Source: a virus | Strand: one strand, 5' to 3' | DNA: 35,813 bases | Virus record (IMG/VR): IMGVR_UViG_3300020576_001964 | Span: 1-35,813 of that record | In this document: piece by piece, positions 25,272-32,235 of the stretch | Layout: every line of letters begins with the position of its first letter | Numbering within the stretch: position 1 is the stretch's first letter | The notes under the pieces: model-generated | What the model saw: the letters and a program-made list of their open reading frames with translations, nothing else | The model's database searches: none | What the model was told of the DNA's origin: nothing | Position numbers and translations under genes: made by a program

Positions 25272-25469
25272 CTACTTTGTTGGATCTTGTTGACCGACAT
25301 CGGGGATGGGCAGCTTCACCATGCGGCCGTACAACTCCCGGCGGACAAGCATGAAGAGCCAATCGGAAAGGGAGCGGTCATCGAGTGCCGCGATGCGGTT
25401 GGCGTCGATGTACATCCGCTCGGTGAGCTTGGTGCAGGCCAATTCGCTGCGCTTGCCGTCGTCGGCCAT
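25272..25469 (-). CDS. Small ribbon-helix-helix-like protein (65 aa)
   Basis: TERMYIDANRIAALDDRSLSDWLFMLVRREL fits a beta-strand/helix/helix (Arc/CopG-type) layout. Confidence 0.5.
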   Translation of the reverse strand: MADDGKRSELACTKLTERMYIDANRIAALDDRSLSDWLFMLVRRELYGRMVKLPIPDVGQQDPTK

Positions 25470-25471
25470 GG

Positions 25472-25702
25472 TCAGGCGGCCTCGGTGCGGGGCAGTGCGC
25501 GCGAGTCACGCTTCACCGGCATGCCGTGCTCATCGCGGTCAGCGCGCAGTGCGCCGGCCGTCACAATTTCGATTTGGCACTGCCGATCGATGGGGATCTC
25601 GCCGGCCGCGATCCACCCGTGGATCGTGGGTGCGCTCAACTTGAGCGCCCGAGCTGCATCGGCGACAGAATCGAAATGGGAGATGAGCGAATGCGGTGTC
25701 AT
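25472..25702 (-). CDS. HTH regulator (Cro/CI-YdaS-like), apparently leaderless
   Basis: MTPHSLISHFDSVADAARALKLSAPTIHGWIAAGEIPIDRQCQIEIVTAGALR. The ATG at 25702 lies 6 nt downstream of a TATAAT -10. The longer GTG start at 25729 falls inside the promoter/operator region. Confidence 0.75.
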   Translation of the reverse strand: MTPHSLISHFDSVADAARALKLSAPTIHGWIAAGEIPIDRQCQIEIVTAGALRADRDEHGMPVKRDSRALPRTEAA

Positions 25703-25708
25703 GCCCCG

Positions 25709-25736
25709 ATTATAGGCAATCCTAAGCACTCGTCAA
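25709..25736 (-). promoter_or_regulatory. Leftward sigma70 promoter
   Basis: On the minus strand: TTGACG (25736-25731), 16-nt spacer, TATAAT (25714-25709). Confidence 0.65.
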
Positions 25737-25802
25737 TAGGCATTCCTTAGGCGCGTGAAAAAACTTAGGATTGCCTATTGACATCCTGTTTAGGTATGCC
25801 TA
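25713..25802. promoter_or_regulatory. Four 14-bp operators, consensus TAGGCAWWCCTAAG
   Basis: O1 25713-25726 TAGGCAATCCTAAG; O2 25737-25750 TAGGCATTCCTTAG; O3 25764-25777, the exact reverse complement of O1; O4 25789-25802, reverse complement = TAGGCATACCTAAA. Each contains TAGG-N4-CCTA (O2: CCTT). Confidence 0.8.
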
Positions 25803-25806
25803 TATT
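25778..25806 (+). promoter_or_regulatory. Rightward sigma70 promoter
   Basis: TTGACA (25778-25783), 17-nt spacer, TATATT (25801-25806). Confidence 0.75.
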
Positions 25807-25864
25807 TCAATCACGCGCTGCCACCAAGGGGCGCCCCGCCGAGTAACCGAACAAGGGGCACGTG

Positions 25865-26191
25865 ATGAAGCAAGCAACGCTGTACGGCATCGCTCACTTG
25901 GGCGCCGAGGGCTACGCCGTGTTCTGGCGCGGCGCATACGACGACACCCGCTACCCCACCCGCGAAGCCGCCATTCGCAAGCTCGAGGAGCTCGACCGCG
26001 GCGAGCAGCCCCAGGCCCGCCCGGAACCGTGCCGCTGCGACGCCCGCGACTTCCCGCATCGCCGCGACCACAACTGCGCCGACCGCGAATCCGAGGCGCG
26101 CGAGCTGCGCGACGTGTCGCGCATCGGTGACGAAGCCGCGGCGATCAACGCCGACGCGCGCCGCGCCGACTACTGGACGTGGCGGCCGTGA
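25865..26191 (+). CDS. Hypothetical protein, first gene of the rightward operon (108 aa)
   Basis: ATG at 25865 (GTG at 25862 is possible) after AAGGGG. No recognisable motif. Confidence 0.65.
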   Translation: MKQATLYGIAHLGAEGYAVFWRGAYDDTRYPTREAAIRKLEELDRGEQPQARPEPCRCDARDFPHRRDHNCADRESEARELRDVSRIGDEAAAINADARRADYWTWRP

Positions 26192-26283
26192 GTGACGACG
26201 ACTGGATCGTGGTCGGCGACCGCCTGGTGCTGCTCACCTGCTGCATCGTCATCGTGCTTTACGCAACGGGAGTGCTGCGGTGA
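26188..26283 (+). CDS. 31-aa hydrophobic micro-protein
   Basis: The GTG overlaps the upstream TGA (GTGA). VSDDDWIVVGDRLVLLTCCIVIVLYATGVLR. Confidence 0.4.
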   Translation: MSDDDWIVVGDRLVLLTCCIVIVLYATGVLR

Positions 26284-26450
26284 GCGCCCCGATCCTCGAC
26301 CCGAAGTTCGTGTGGGTGCCGGCGGCTTCGCACGACGCCGACAGCACCGCATTTCGCGAGCGCCAACGCGCCCGCATGAGGGCCGCCGAGCAAGCCCGCA
26401 AGGCGGCACAGCAGTCCAACGTGAAGCAGATCCGAAAGGGGAACAAGTGA
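26280..26450 (+). CDS. 56-aa basic helical micro-protein
   Basis: GTGA overlaps at both ends. ...FRERQRARMRAAEQARKAAQQSNVKQIRKGNK. Confidence 0.4.
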   Translation: MSAPILDPKFVWVPAASHDADSTAFRERQRARMRAAEQARKAAQQSNVKQIRKGNK

Positions 26451-26842
26451 AGAATCTCGAAACCCTCACGGCGGAATGGCTCGCGGCCAAGGCCGACGAG
26501 AACGCCGCCAACAAGCGCCGCGGCGAGATCGAGGCGCAGATCACCGCGCTGCTGCCGGTGTCCACCGAGGGCACCGTCAACGCCCAGGTCGGCGAGTACC
26601 GCATCGGCGTGCGCTACGGGGTCACCCGCAAGGTCGACACCGAGAAGTTGCAGGCGATGTGGGGTCAACTCGGCGCCAAGGCGCAGGACTGCTTCAAGTG
26701 GAAAGCCGATGTGGCGCTGCCGAAGCTCCGCGCGCTGCAGGAGTACGTGCCGGCCGAGTACACCAAGCTCGCGGCCGTGATCGAGGCGAAGCCCTCCAAG
26801 CCGTCCGTCTCCATCGAAGTCCACGAGCGCGAGGCCGCGTAA
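26447..26842 (+). CDS. Gp157-like helical protein (recombination-module accessory)
   Basis: GTG at 26447 after AAGGGGA. Coiled N-terminus LTAEWLAAKADENAANKRRGEIEAQI. Sits directly upstream of the Sak4-type ATPase, as in many phages. Confidence 0.5.
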   Translation: MKNLETLTAEWLAAKADENAANKRRGEIEAQITALLPVSTEGTVNAQVGEYRIGVRYGVTRKVDTEKLQAMWGQLGAKAQDCFKWKADVALPKLRALQEYVPAEYTKLAAVIEAKPSKPSVSIEVHEREAA

Positions 26843-27597
26843 TGGCCATCGACCTTAGCGCCATCACCATGACGCGCCGTATGGCGGCGCCGAAAATCCT
26901 CATGACCGGCGAGCCGAAGATCGGCAAGTCGACATTCGCCGCCAGCGCGCCCGACGCGATCGGCATCTGCACCGAGGACGGGCTCTCCGGCGTGGACGCG
27001 CGCGCGTTCCCGCTGTGCAAGACCCTGGACGACGTGTACGAGGCCATCGGCTTGCTGCTGAACGAGCCGCACGGCTTCGCGTCGGTGTTCCTCGACTCGC
27101 TCGACTGGACCGAGCCGCTGCTGCACGACTACGTGTGCCGCGCCAACAAGTGGGACACCATCGAGTCGCCTGGGTACGGCAAGGGCTACATCGCCGCCGC
27201 GGCCGAGTGGAAAAACCTGTTGGATGGTTTCGAGGCGCTGCGCCGCGAACGCGGCATGGCTGTGATCCTCGTCTCGCACGTCAAGCAGAAGCGCATCGAG
27301 TCGCCGACGCACGAAGGCTACGACGCCTGGGTGCTAAAACTCCACGACCGCGCCAGCGGCTTGTGCCTGGAATGGGCCGACATCGTTGGCTTCGCCGCGC
27401 ACAAGATCGCGATCAAGAAAACGGACGCTGGCTTTGGGCAGAAGGAAGCCAAGGCCGTGAAAACCGGCGAGCGGATGCTCTACCTCGAGGCGCACCCGGC
27501 GTACCCGTCGGGAACGCGCTTCGGCATCAAGGATTGCGCGCTTAACTGGGATGCGTTCGCGTCCCAACTGACCCCATCGGCCGAACAGGCCGCCTGA
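26842..27597 (+). CDS. Sak4 / AAA_24-type RecA-like ATPase
   Basis: Walker A GEPKIGKST; Walker B VFLDSLD; VILVSHVKQ. TAATG overlap with the upstream gene. Confidence 0.8.
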   Translation: MAIDLSAITMTRRMAAPKILMTGEPKIGKSTFAASAPDAIGICTEDGLSGVDARAFPLCKTLDDVYEAIGLLLNEPHGFASVFLDSLDWTEPLLHDYVCRANKWDTIESPGYGKGYIAAAAEWKNLLDGFEALRRERGMAVILVSHVKQKRIESPTHEGYDAWVLKLHDRASGLCLEWADIVGFAAHKIAIKKTDAGFGQKEAKAVKTGERMLYLEAHPAYPSGTRFGIKDCALNWDAFASQLTPSAEQAA

Positions 27598-27613
27598 CCG
27601 AGAGGAACAAACC

Positions 27614-28144
27614 ATGGCTGACATGAGCGGCATTTTCGGCGGCAACGCCTTCGACCCGTCCCAAGTGGACGACGTGCAGGGTTTCGAGCCCCTGCCCACC
27701 GACACCGTGTTTCAGTGGGAAATCGGCGACGCGGAGTTGAAGCCCACGTCCAGCGGCACCGGCCAGCGCCTGAACGTGCGCTGCAACGTGCTGGGCCCGT
27801 CGCACGAGGGGCGCGTGGTATTCGCCGGCTTCAATCTGCAGAACGACAGCGCGAAGGCCGAGGAGATCGCACGGCGCGAGCTGGGCGCACTGTGCCGCGC
27901 CGTGGGCATCGTCAAGCTGTCCGACAGCGACGCATTGATCGGACAGCAATTCCTCGGGCGCTGCCGCACCAAGCCGGCCAAAGGGGAATACGCGGCGCAG
28001 TCGGAGCTCGATTTCTCGACGCTGCAGCCGGTCGGCGGCACGGCGCCCAAGCCCGCGGCGCAAGCGAGGCCTGCAGCCCCGGCACCGAAGCCGGCCGTCG
28101 CGAAGGCTGCGCCGCCGTGGGCGAAACCCAAGCAGGCGGCGTAA
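27614..28144 (+). CDS. DUF669-type ssDNA-binding-like protein
   Basis: FEPLPTDTVFQWEIGDAELKPTSSGTGQRLNVRCNVL...GRVVFAGFNLQN and a Pro/Ala/Lys tail. Usual partner of Sak4. Confidence 0.65.
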   Translation: MADMSGIFGGNAFDPSQVDDVQGFEPLPTDTVFQWEIGDAELKPTSSGTGQRLNVRCNVLGPSHEGRVVFAGFNLQNDSAKAEEIARRELGALCRAVGIVKLSDSDALIGQQFLGRCRTKPAKGEYAAQSELDFSTLQPVGGTAPKPAAQARPAAPAPKPAVAKAAPPWAKPKQAA

Positions 28145-28231
28145 CGATCAACGGCTCGCCCTCGCACCACACGGCAGGCGCCTATCCCCTTGGGCGTCGG
28201 TGCGGCGGGCGAGCCACCTACCGAGGACAGC

Positions 28232-28444
28232 ATGGCCCGCGTGACAAAGGGTTGGTTCGTCGAAGGTGAGGTGCTCACCCCCCCCCGAGAGGGGCCAAGC
28301 AAGGTGCGGTCGCGCATTTTTCACGTGCTCGCTGCGGCCAACGACTATCGCGACGCGCTGAAAGGCGCAGGCACGTGCAAGCCGGAATCGTGCGTGGTCC
28401 GCACGCTATTCGGTAACGACAAGATCGAGAGCGAGAACTTCTGA
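28232..28444 (+). CDS. Hypothetical protein (70 aa)
   Basis: ATG at 28232 after GAGGA, just downstream of the 28153-28215 hairpin. The stop abuts the next ATG. Confidence 0.55.
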   Translation: MARVTKGWFVEGEVLTPPREGPSKVRSRIFHVLAAANDYRDALKGAGTCKPESCVVRTLFGNDKIESENF

Positions 28445-29565
28445 TGGCCAAGCTTCCCGAACCGACGCACTCGACCGTGCGCAAGATCTACCAGCTGCAC
28501 GAGCAGAAGCGCAACGACAAGCCGCGGCCGTACCTGGGCGCGTCGATTCTCGGCGAGTCCTGCGCGCGGCGCTTGTGGCTTGGCTTTCGCTGGTGCGGCG
28601 CCGAAGCATTCGACGGCCGGATGCTGCGGTTGTTCGGAACCGGCGACATTTTCGAGGATCGCGTGCTGGCCGAGTTGCGCGAAATCGGCGTCACCGTCAG
28701 CGGCGAACAGTGGGAAGTGAGCGCCTGCGATGGTCACCTGAAAGGCCACCTAGACGGCGCCGGCTTGGGTTTCGAGGAAGCGCCCAAAACGTGGCACCTG
28801 ATCGAAGCCAAGACCCACAACGCCAAGAGCTTCGCGGACCTGTTGAAGCGTGGAGTGCGCGAATCGAAACCGAAGCACTGGGCGCAGATGCAGCTTTACA
28901 TGGGGCTCGCCGGCATGACGCGGGCCGTGTACATCGCCGAGAACAAGGACACGAGCGAGTTGCACATCGAGCGCGTCGAGTACGACAAGGCCGAGTGCGA
29001 CAAACTGATCGCGAAGGCGGGAACGATCGTCTTCCAGGCCGAGCCGCCGGTCCGCATCAGCAACGATGCGACGTGGCACGAATGCCGGTATTGCCCCTTC
29101 CACGCCCAATGCCACGGCGAGGCCGTGCCGGTGCCGACGTGCCGCTCGTGCGCGCATTCGACGCCGATCGGCGAAGGCCAGTGGCATTGCGCGCATCACG
29201 AAGCCACGATTCCGCAGGACGCGCAGCTGGAAGGGTGCGACGAGCATCGGTTCATCCCGGCCCTGCTTGGCCGCGTGGCTGAGTTGGTGAAGGTGGACGG
29301 TAACGCGGTGCGCTGGCGCAACAAGTTGACGGATCGCACGTTCGACCAACCGCAGTATTCGTCGCGCGAGATTCACGACGCGGCTGACTTCCGCATTATG
29401 GGGGACGACTTCATGCAGGAGATCAAAGCTGTATTCGGCGACGACTCGCGGGTGACCAGCGGGCCGGGGCCGGAGACGATTCCCGAGATGGGGGATGCAC
29501 CGCCGTCCGACCTGGACGCGATTTACGGCAAGGTGCCGACGAAAAGAAGGAGAAAGGCAGCATGA
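28444..29565 (+). CDS. PD-(D/E)XK exonuclease of the Cas4/RecB type with Fe-S cysteines and an extra Cys/His C-terminal domain
   Basis: Nuclease motifs HLDG, LIEAKT and QMQLYMGL. Four Cys in Cas4/AddB arrangement (GESCARR ... CRYCPFHAQC = C-x2-C-x5-C). Then CRSCAHS...WHCAHH...GCDEH. Confidence 0.75.
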   Translation: MAKLPEPTHSTVRKIYQLHEQKRNDKPRPYLGASILGESCARRLWLGFRWCGAEAFDGRMLRLFGTGDIFEDRVLAELREIGVTVSGEQWEVSACDGHLKGHLDGAGLGFEEAPKTWHLIEAKTHNAKSFADLLKRGVRESKPKHWAQMQLYMGLAGMTRAVYIAENKDTSELHIERVEYDKAECDKLIAKAGTIVFQAEPPVRISNDATWHECRYCPFHAQCHGEAVPVPTCRSCAHSTPIGEGQWHCAHHEATIPQDAQLEGCDEHRFIPALLGRVAELVKVDGNAVRWRNKLTDRTFDQPQYSSREIHDAADFRIMGDDFMQEIKAVFGDDSRVTSGPGPETIPEMGDAPPSDLDAIYGKVPTKRRRKAA

Positions 29566-30437
29566 CCGTTATGACCGCCCTCACCGCCGACATTGCCCTC
29601 GTACGCTTACTCACCGACAACCGTTACTTGACCGACGATCAGCGGCGCAGCATAGACGGCGTGCTTGCCGCCGCCGAGCGCGCAGCGGTGCCGCGCAAGC
29701 TATGGCTATGGAAGAATTTTGTCGATGGGAAGCCGGAATATTGGGCGTTCGACAATCCGTTCCCGATTTACATGGATAACGGCGACCCGCAAACATTTGG
29801 GCAACCATGCGGGTATGCGCTATTCAAGCGGTCGCGGCGTGGACGCGATGACGTTAGCGATGAGCAAGTGTTGGCCGATATCCGCCGCGCCGCTGAATCG
29901 GGTATCGGGCCGTGCGTCGGACCGGCGGACCGCAGCAACCACTGCGGGCGCTGCGGATCACCACCGGGGCAACCGTGCCGCAACCGCCCGCCGCTCGCCG
30001 CCGCCGCGCCTGCGGATGATCTGGTCGAGCGGTTGCGGCGGTCATCCAAAGCGAATGCCGGCACTGGCGTTGGGATGTTTGCCGACGAAGTGCTTGCCGC
30101 CCTCGCCGCCCTGCGCGCGGAGAACGGCCGACTGCGGGACAACCTCGCGTCCAAGACTGCCGAGCGTGACGTTGCGCTTGGGGCGCTGGCCGAGCAGGAA
30201 GAACGCGCCGAACGTGCCGAGTCCCAACTCGCTGCGGCGCAGGCGGTGCTCGCGGCGGCGCACGACGCGCTAACGGAAATCGCACTGGCGGGGATGAGCC
30301 TGCCTATGGTCTGCGGCGACGACGAGGAAACCAAGAACCGATTCCACGCGCGCCGGGCATGGGAGTTTATCGGCATTGCCGCTCGCGCCAAGACCGAAAT
30401 CGACGCAGCGCGGGCGGCGGCGGGAGGTGGCAAGTGA
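29562..30437 (+). CDS. Hypothetical coiled-coil protein (291 aa)
   Basis: ATGA overlap with the nuclease gene. Central CGRCG motif and a long Ala/Glu/Arg helix. The C-terminus ...ARAAAGGGK lies in junction repeat A. Confidence 0.7.
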   Translation: MTVMTALTADIALVRLLTDNRYLTDDQRRSIDGVLAAAERAAVPRKLWLWKNFVDGKPEYWAFDNPFPIYMDNGDPQTFGQPCGYALFKRSRRGRDDVSDEQVLADIRRAAESGIGPCVGPADRSNHCGRCGSPPGQPCRNRPPLAAAAPADDLVERLRRSSKANAGTGVGMFADEVLAALAALRAENGRLRDNLASKTAERDVALGALAEQEERAERAESQLAAAQAVLAAAHDALTEIALAGMSLPMVCGDDEETKNRFHARRAWEFIGIAARAKTEIDAARAAAGGGK

Positions 30438-30444
30438 CGCTGCG
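30409..30444. repeat. Junction repeat A, copy 1 (36 bp)
   Basis: cgcgggcggcggcgggaggtggcaagtgacgctgcg, identical to 31091-31126. Contains the upstream gene's stop, GGGAGG (RBS) and the GTG start. Confidence 0.95.
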
Positions 30445-31072
30445 CGTCGAACACATAGGCGACGCCACGCTGTATCTGGGCGACTGCCTGGAGATATTGC
30501 CGACGCTACCGAAGGTAGATGCGGTGATAACGGACCCGCCGTATGGGATCAATGCCGCCCGCGACCGCAATAGTCAGAAGGATGGATGGATCGACTACCC
30601 ATGCAGCGGATGGGACAAGGAGCGCCCGCCGCGTGAGGTATTCGACGCTATGCGCTCCTGCAGCAGCCAACAAATCATTTGGGGCGGTAACTACTTTACC
30701 GACTACCTGCCGCCGACCATGCAGTGGCTGGTGTGGGACAAGTGCCAGCGGGAATTTTCGCTTGCTGATGGCGAGTTTGCATGGTCAAGCCAACGCAAGG
30801 CGGCGCGCATTTTTACTTACTCGCGCGGTGCGGCGCTGCAAGACGGAAAGGAGCACGCCACGCAAAAGCCAGTGGCGCTGATGAAGTGGTGCATTGACCG
30901 GCTAGACGATCCGGCTACCGTTCTCGACCCCTTCATGGGCAGCGGCACGACTGGCGTCGCCTGCGCACAACTCGGCCGCAAGTTCATCGGCGTCGAGATA
31001 GAGCCCAAGTATTTCGACATTGCCTGCGAACGGATCGACAACGCCTACCGACAAGCGAGGCTCTTTGCATGA
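30434..31072 (+). CDS. DNA N6-adenine-type methyltransferase (beta-class, DPPY)
   Basis: GTG at 30434 (GTGA overlap). VITDPPYG (motif IV) N-terminal; HATQKP; DPFMGSGTTGVA (motif I) C-terminal. Confidence 0.85.
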   Translation: MTLRVEHIGDATLYLGDCLEILPTLPKVDAVITDPPYGINAARDRNSQKDGWIDYPCSGWDKERPPREVFDAMRSCSSQQIIWGGNYFTDYLPPTMQWLVWDKCQREFSLADGEFAWSSQRKAARIFTYSRGAALQDGKEHATQKPVALMKWCIDRLDDPATVLDPFMGSGTTGVACAQLGRKFIGVEIEPKYFDIACERIDNAYRQARLFA

Positions 31073-31098
31073 GCGCCGCCGCCATCCGGTCGCGGGCG
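31073..31098. repeat. Junction repeat B, copy 1 (26 bp)
   Basis: gcgccgccgccatccggtcgcgggcg, identical to 31921-31946. Overlaps repeat A copy 2 by 8 nt. Confidence 0.95.
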
Positions 31099-31126
31099 GC
31101 GGCGGGAGGTGGCAAGTGACGCTGCG
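31091..31126. repeat. Junction repeat A, copy 2 (36 bp)
   Basis: Identical to 30409-30444, read directly. Confidence 0.95.
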
Positions 31127-31168
31127 TTATCAATCAATCGCCGCAACCGCGGCACAACAGGAGCAACT

Positions 31169-31441
31169 ATGGAAGCGAAATGCGTACCGCAAGGCACCGC
31201 CATCGTCGTGTTGGATCGCGGATTCGTTTATGTCGGTAACGTCACCGTGGACGGCGATTGGTGCCTGATCGAGAACGCGAAGAACATTCGCGTGTGGGGC
31301 ACGACGAAAGGGCTTGGCGAACTCGTTAACGGCCCGACCAAGGATACAAAACTGGATGCGGTCGGCAACGTGCGCGCCCCGATGCGCGCGGTCATCAGCA
31401 TCATTGACGCGAAGGCCGACAAATGGACTGGCGCACTCTAA
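31169..31441 (+). CDS. Hypothetical protein (90 aa)
   Basis: ATG at 31169 after AGGAG with a 5-nt spacer. GC3 about 74% by hand count, against about 60% for the overlapping GTG-initiated frame. Confidence 0.7.
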   Translation: MEAKCVPQGTAIVVLDRGFVYVGNVTVDGDWCLIENAKNIRVWGTTKGLGELVNGPTKDTKLDAVGNVRAPMRAVISIIDAKADKWTGAL

Positions 31442-31692
31442 CACTTGACGGCTCCGGCTACGGCTACGGCTCCGGCTACGGCTACGGCTCCGGCGACGGC
31501 TCCGGCTACGGCTCCGGCGACGGCTACGGCTCCGGCGACGGCTACGGCTCCGGCTCCGGCTACGGCTCCGGCTACGGCTACGGCTACGGCTCCGGCTACG
31601 GCTACGGCTCCGGCGACGGCTCCGGCTCCGGCTACGGCTCCGGCGACGGCTTCGGCGACGGCTTCGGCGACGGCTTCGGCGACGGCTCATGA
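31423..31692 (+). CDS. (X-Gly)n repeat protein, X = Tyr/Ser/Asp/Phe (89 aa)
   Basis: MDWRTLTL, then 40 consecutive X-G dipeptides. Every repeat codon ends in C (GGC, TAC, TCC, GAC, TTC). ATGA coupling to the next gene. Confidence 0.6.
   Translation: MDWRTLTLDGSGYGYGSGYGYGSGDGSGYGSGDGYGSGDGYGSGSGYGSGYGYGYGSGYGYGSGDGSGSGYGSGDGFGDGFGDGFGDGS
31447..31689. repeat. Hexanucleotide tandem tract (NNC-GGC) x about 40
   Basis: Read directly. Open in all six frames, which explains track ORFs 31445..31726 (+) and 31130..31996 (-). Confidence 0.95.
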
Positions 31693-31967
31693 CGCTGCGC
31701 GAGCGGTTGATGGAGCTGGCGGTTGATGCCAATGCGACGGATGCAACAGGCGAGTATCTGACGCGCGAACGCCTCGCCATAGCCGCCGCTCGCTTGGCGC
31801 TAGAGGACGCAGCGAAGGTGTGCGACGACCGGGCGATCGTCTGCGATGGCCTAGAGTCGGACGCATCTACCCGGTACTTTGCGGACACCATGCGGGGCGC
31901 CAAGAAAGAGGCTGACACTTGCGCCGCCGCCATCCGGTCGCGGGCGCGGGAGATAGACCATGGATGA
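31689..31967 (+). CDS. Hypothetical protein (92 aa), C-terminus CAAAIRSRAREIDHG
   Basis: The ATG overlaps the upstream TGA. Its 5' end ATGACGCTGCGCG repeats the 5' end of the DPPY methylase gene. Its 3' end carries repeat B copy 2 and 17 nt of repeat C. Confidence 0.7.
   Translation: MTLRERLMELAVDANATDATGEYLTRERLAIAAARLALEDAAKVCDDRAIVCDGLESDASTRYFADTMRGAKKEADTCAAAIRSRAREIDHG
31921..31946. repeat. Junction repeat B, copy 2 (26 bp)
   Basis: Identical to 31073-31098. Confidence 0.95.
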
Positions 31968-32235
31968 GCGGGCAGCGTTTGAGGCGTGGGGCGCACCGTT
32001 CGGTTATTACTTCGGGCGCGACGACCATGGACGCTATCGCTCGCCGATTACGCGAGAAGCCCTGTTCGCATATGAGGCTGGGCGCGCCGCCGGTCTGCGC
32101 GAGGGGCGGGAGCGGGCGGCGAGCATTGCCGACGATGCGGGAGAGCCGGACAGATACAAGTGCTATGCCACCGGCAAACGAATCGCCGAACGTATCCGCG
32201 CTATGGGCGACGAGCGGGCGCGGGAGATAGAGTGA
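31960..32235 (+). CDS. Hypothetical protein (91 aa), C-terminus DERAREIE
   Basis: ATG at 31960 after GGGAG with a 7-nt spacer. 8-nt overlap with the upstream gene. Confidence 0.7.
   Translation: MDERAAFEAWGAPFGYYFGRDDHGRYRSPITREALFAYEAGRAAGLREGRERAASIADDAGEPDRYKCYATGKRIAERIRAMGDERAREIE
32208..32235. repeat. Junction repeat C, copy 1 (28 bp)
   Basis: cgacgagcgggcgcgggagatagagtga, identical to 33276-33303. Confidence 0.95.

Noticed and set aside
31116-31268. GTG-initiated 50-codon ORF (VTLRYQSIAATAAQQ...) that starts in repeat A copy 2 with the same RBS and start as the DPPY methylase.
   Set aside because: GC3 is about 60%, against about 74% for the overlapping 31169..31441 ORF, which has its own AGGAG RBS. 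It looks like a vestigial start duplicated along with the junction repeat.
31447-31689. Possible CRISPR array (also considered for the 33-nt repeats at 5868-6032).
   Set aside because: These are contiguous tandem repeats without unique spacers, they lie in frame within ORFs, and no cas genes are present.
31130-31996. 288-aa minus-strand ORF with (RS)n repeats, and plus-strand ORF 31445..31726 with (TAPA)n repeats.
   Set aside because: Both are alternative readings of the NNC-GGC hexamer tract, which is open in all six frames. Only the X-Gly frame has uniform C-ending codons and start/stop coupling to its neighbours.
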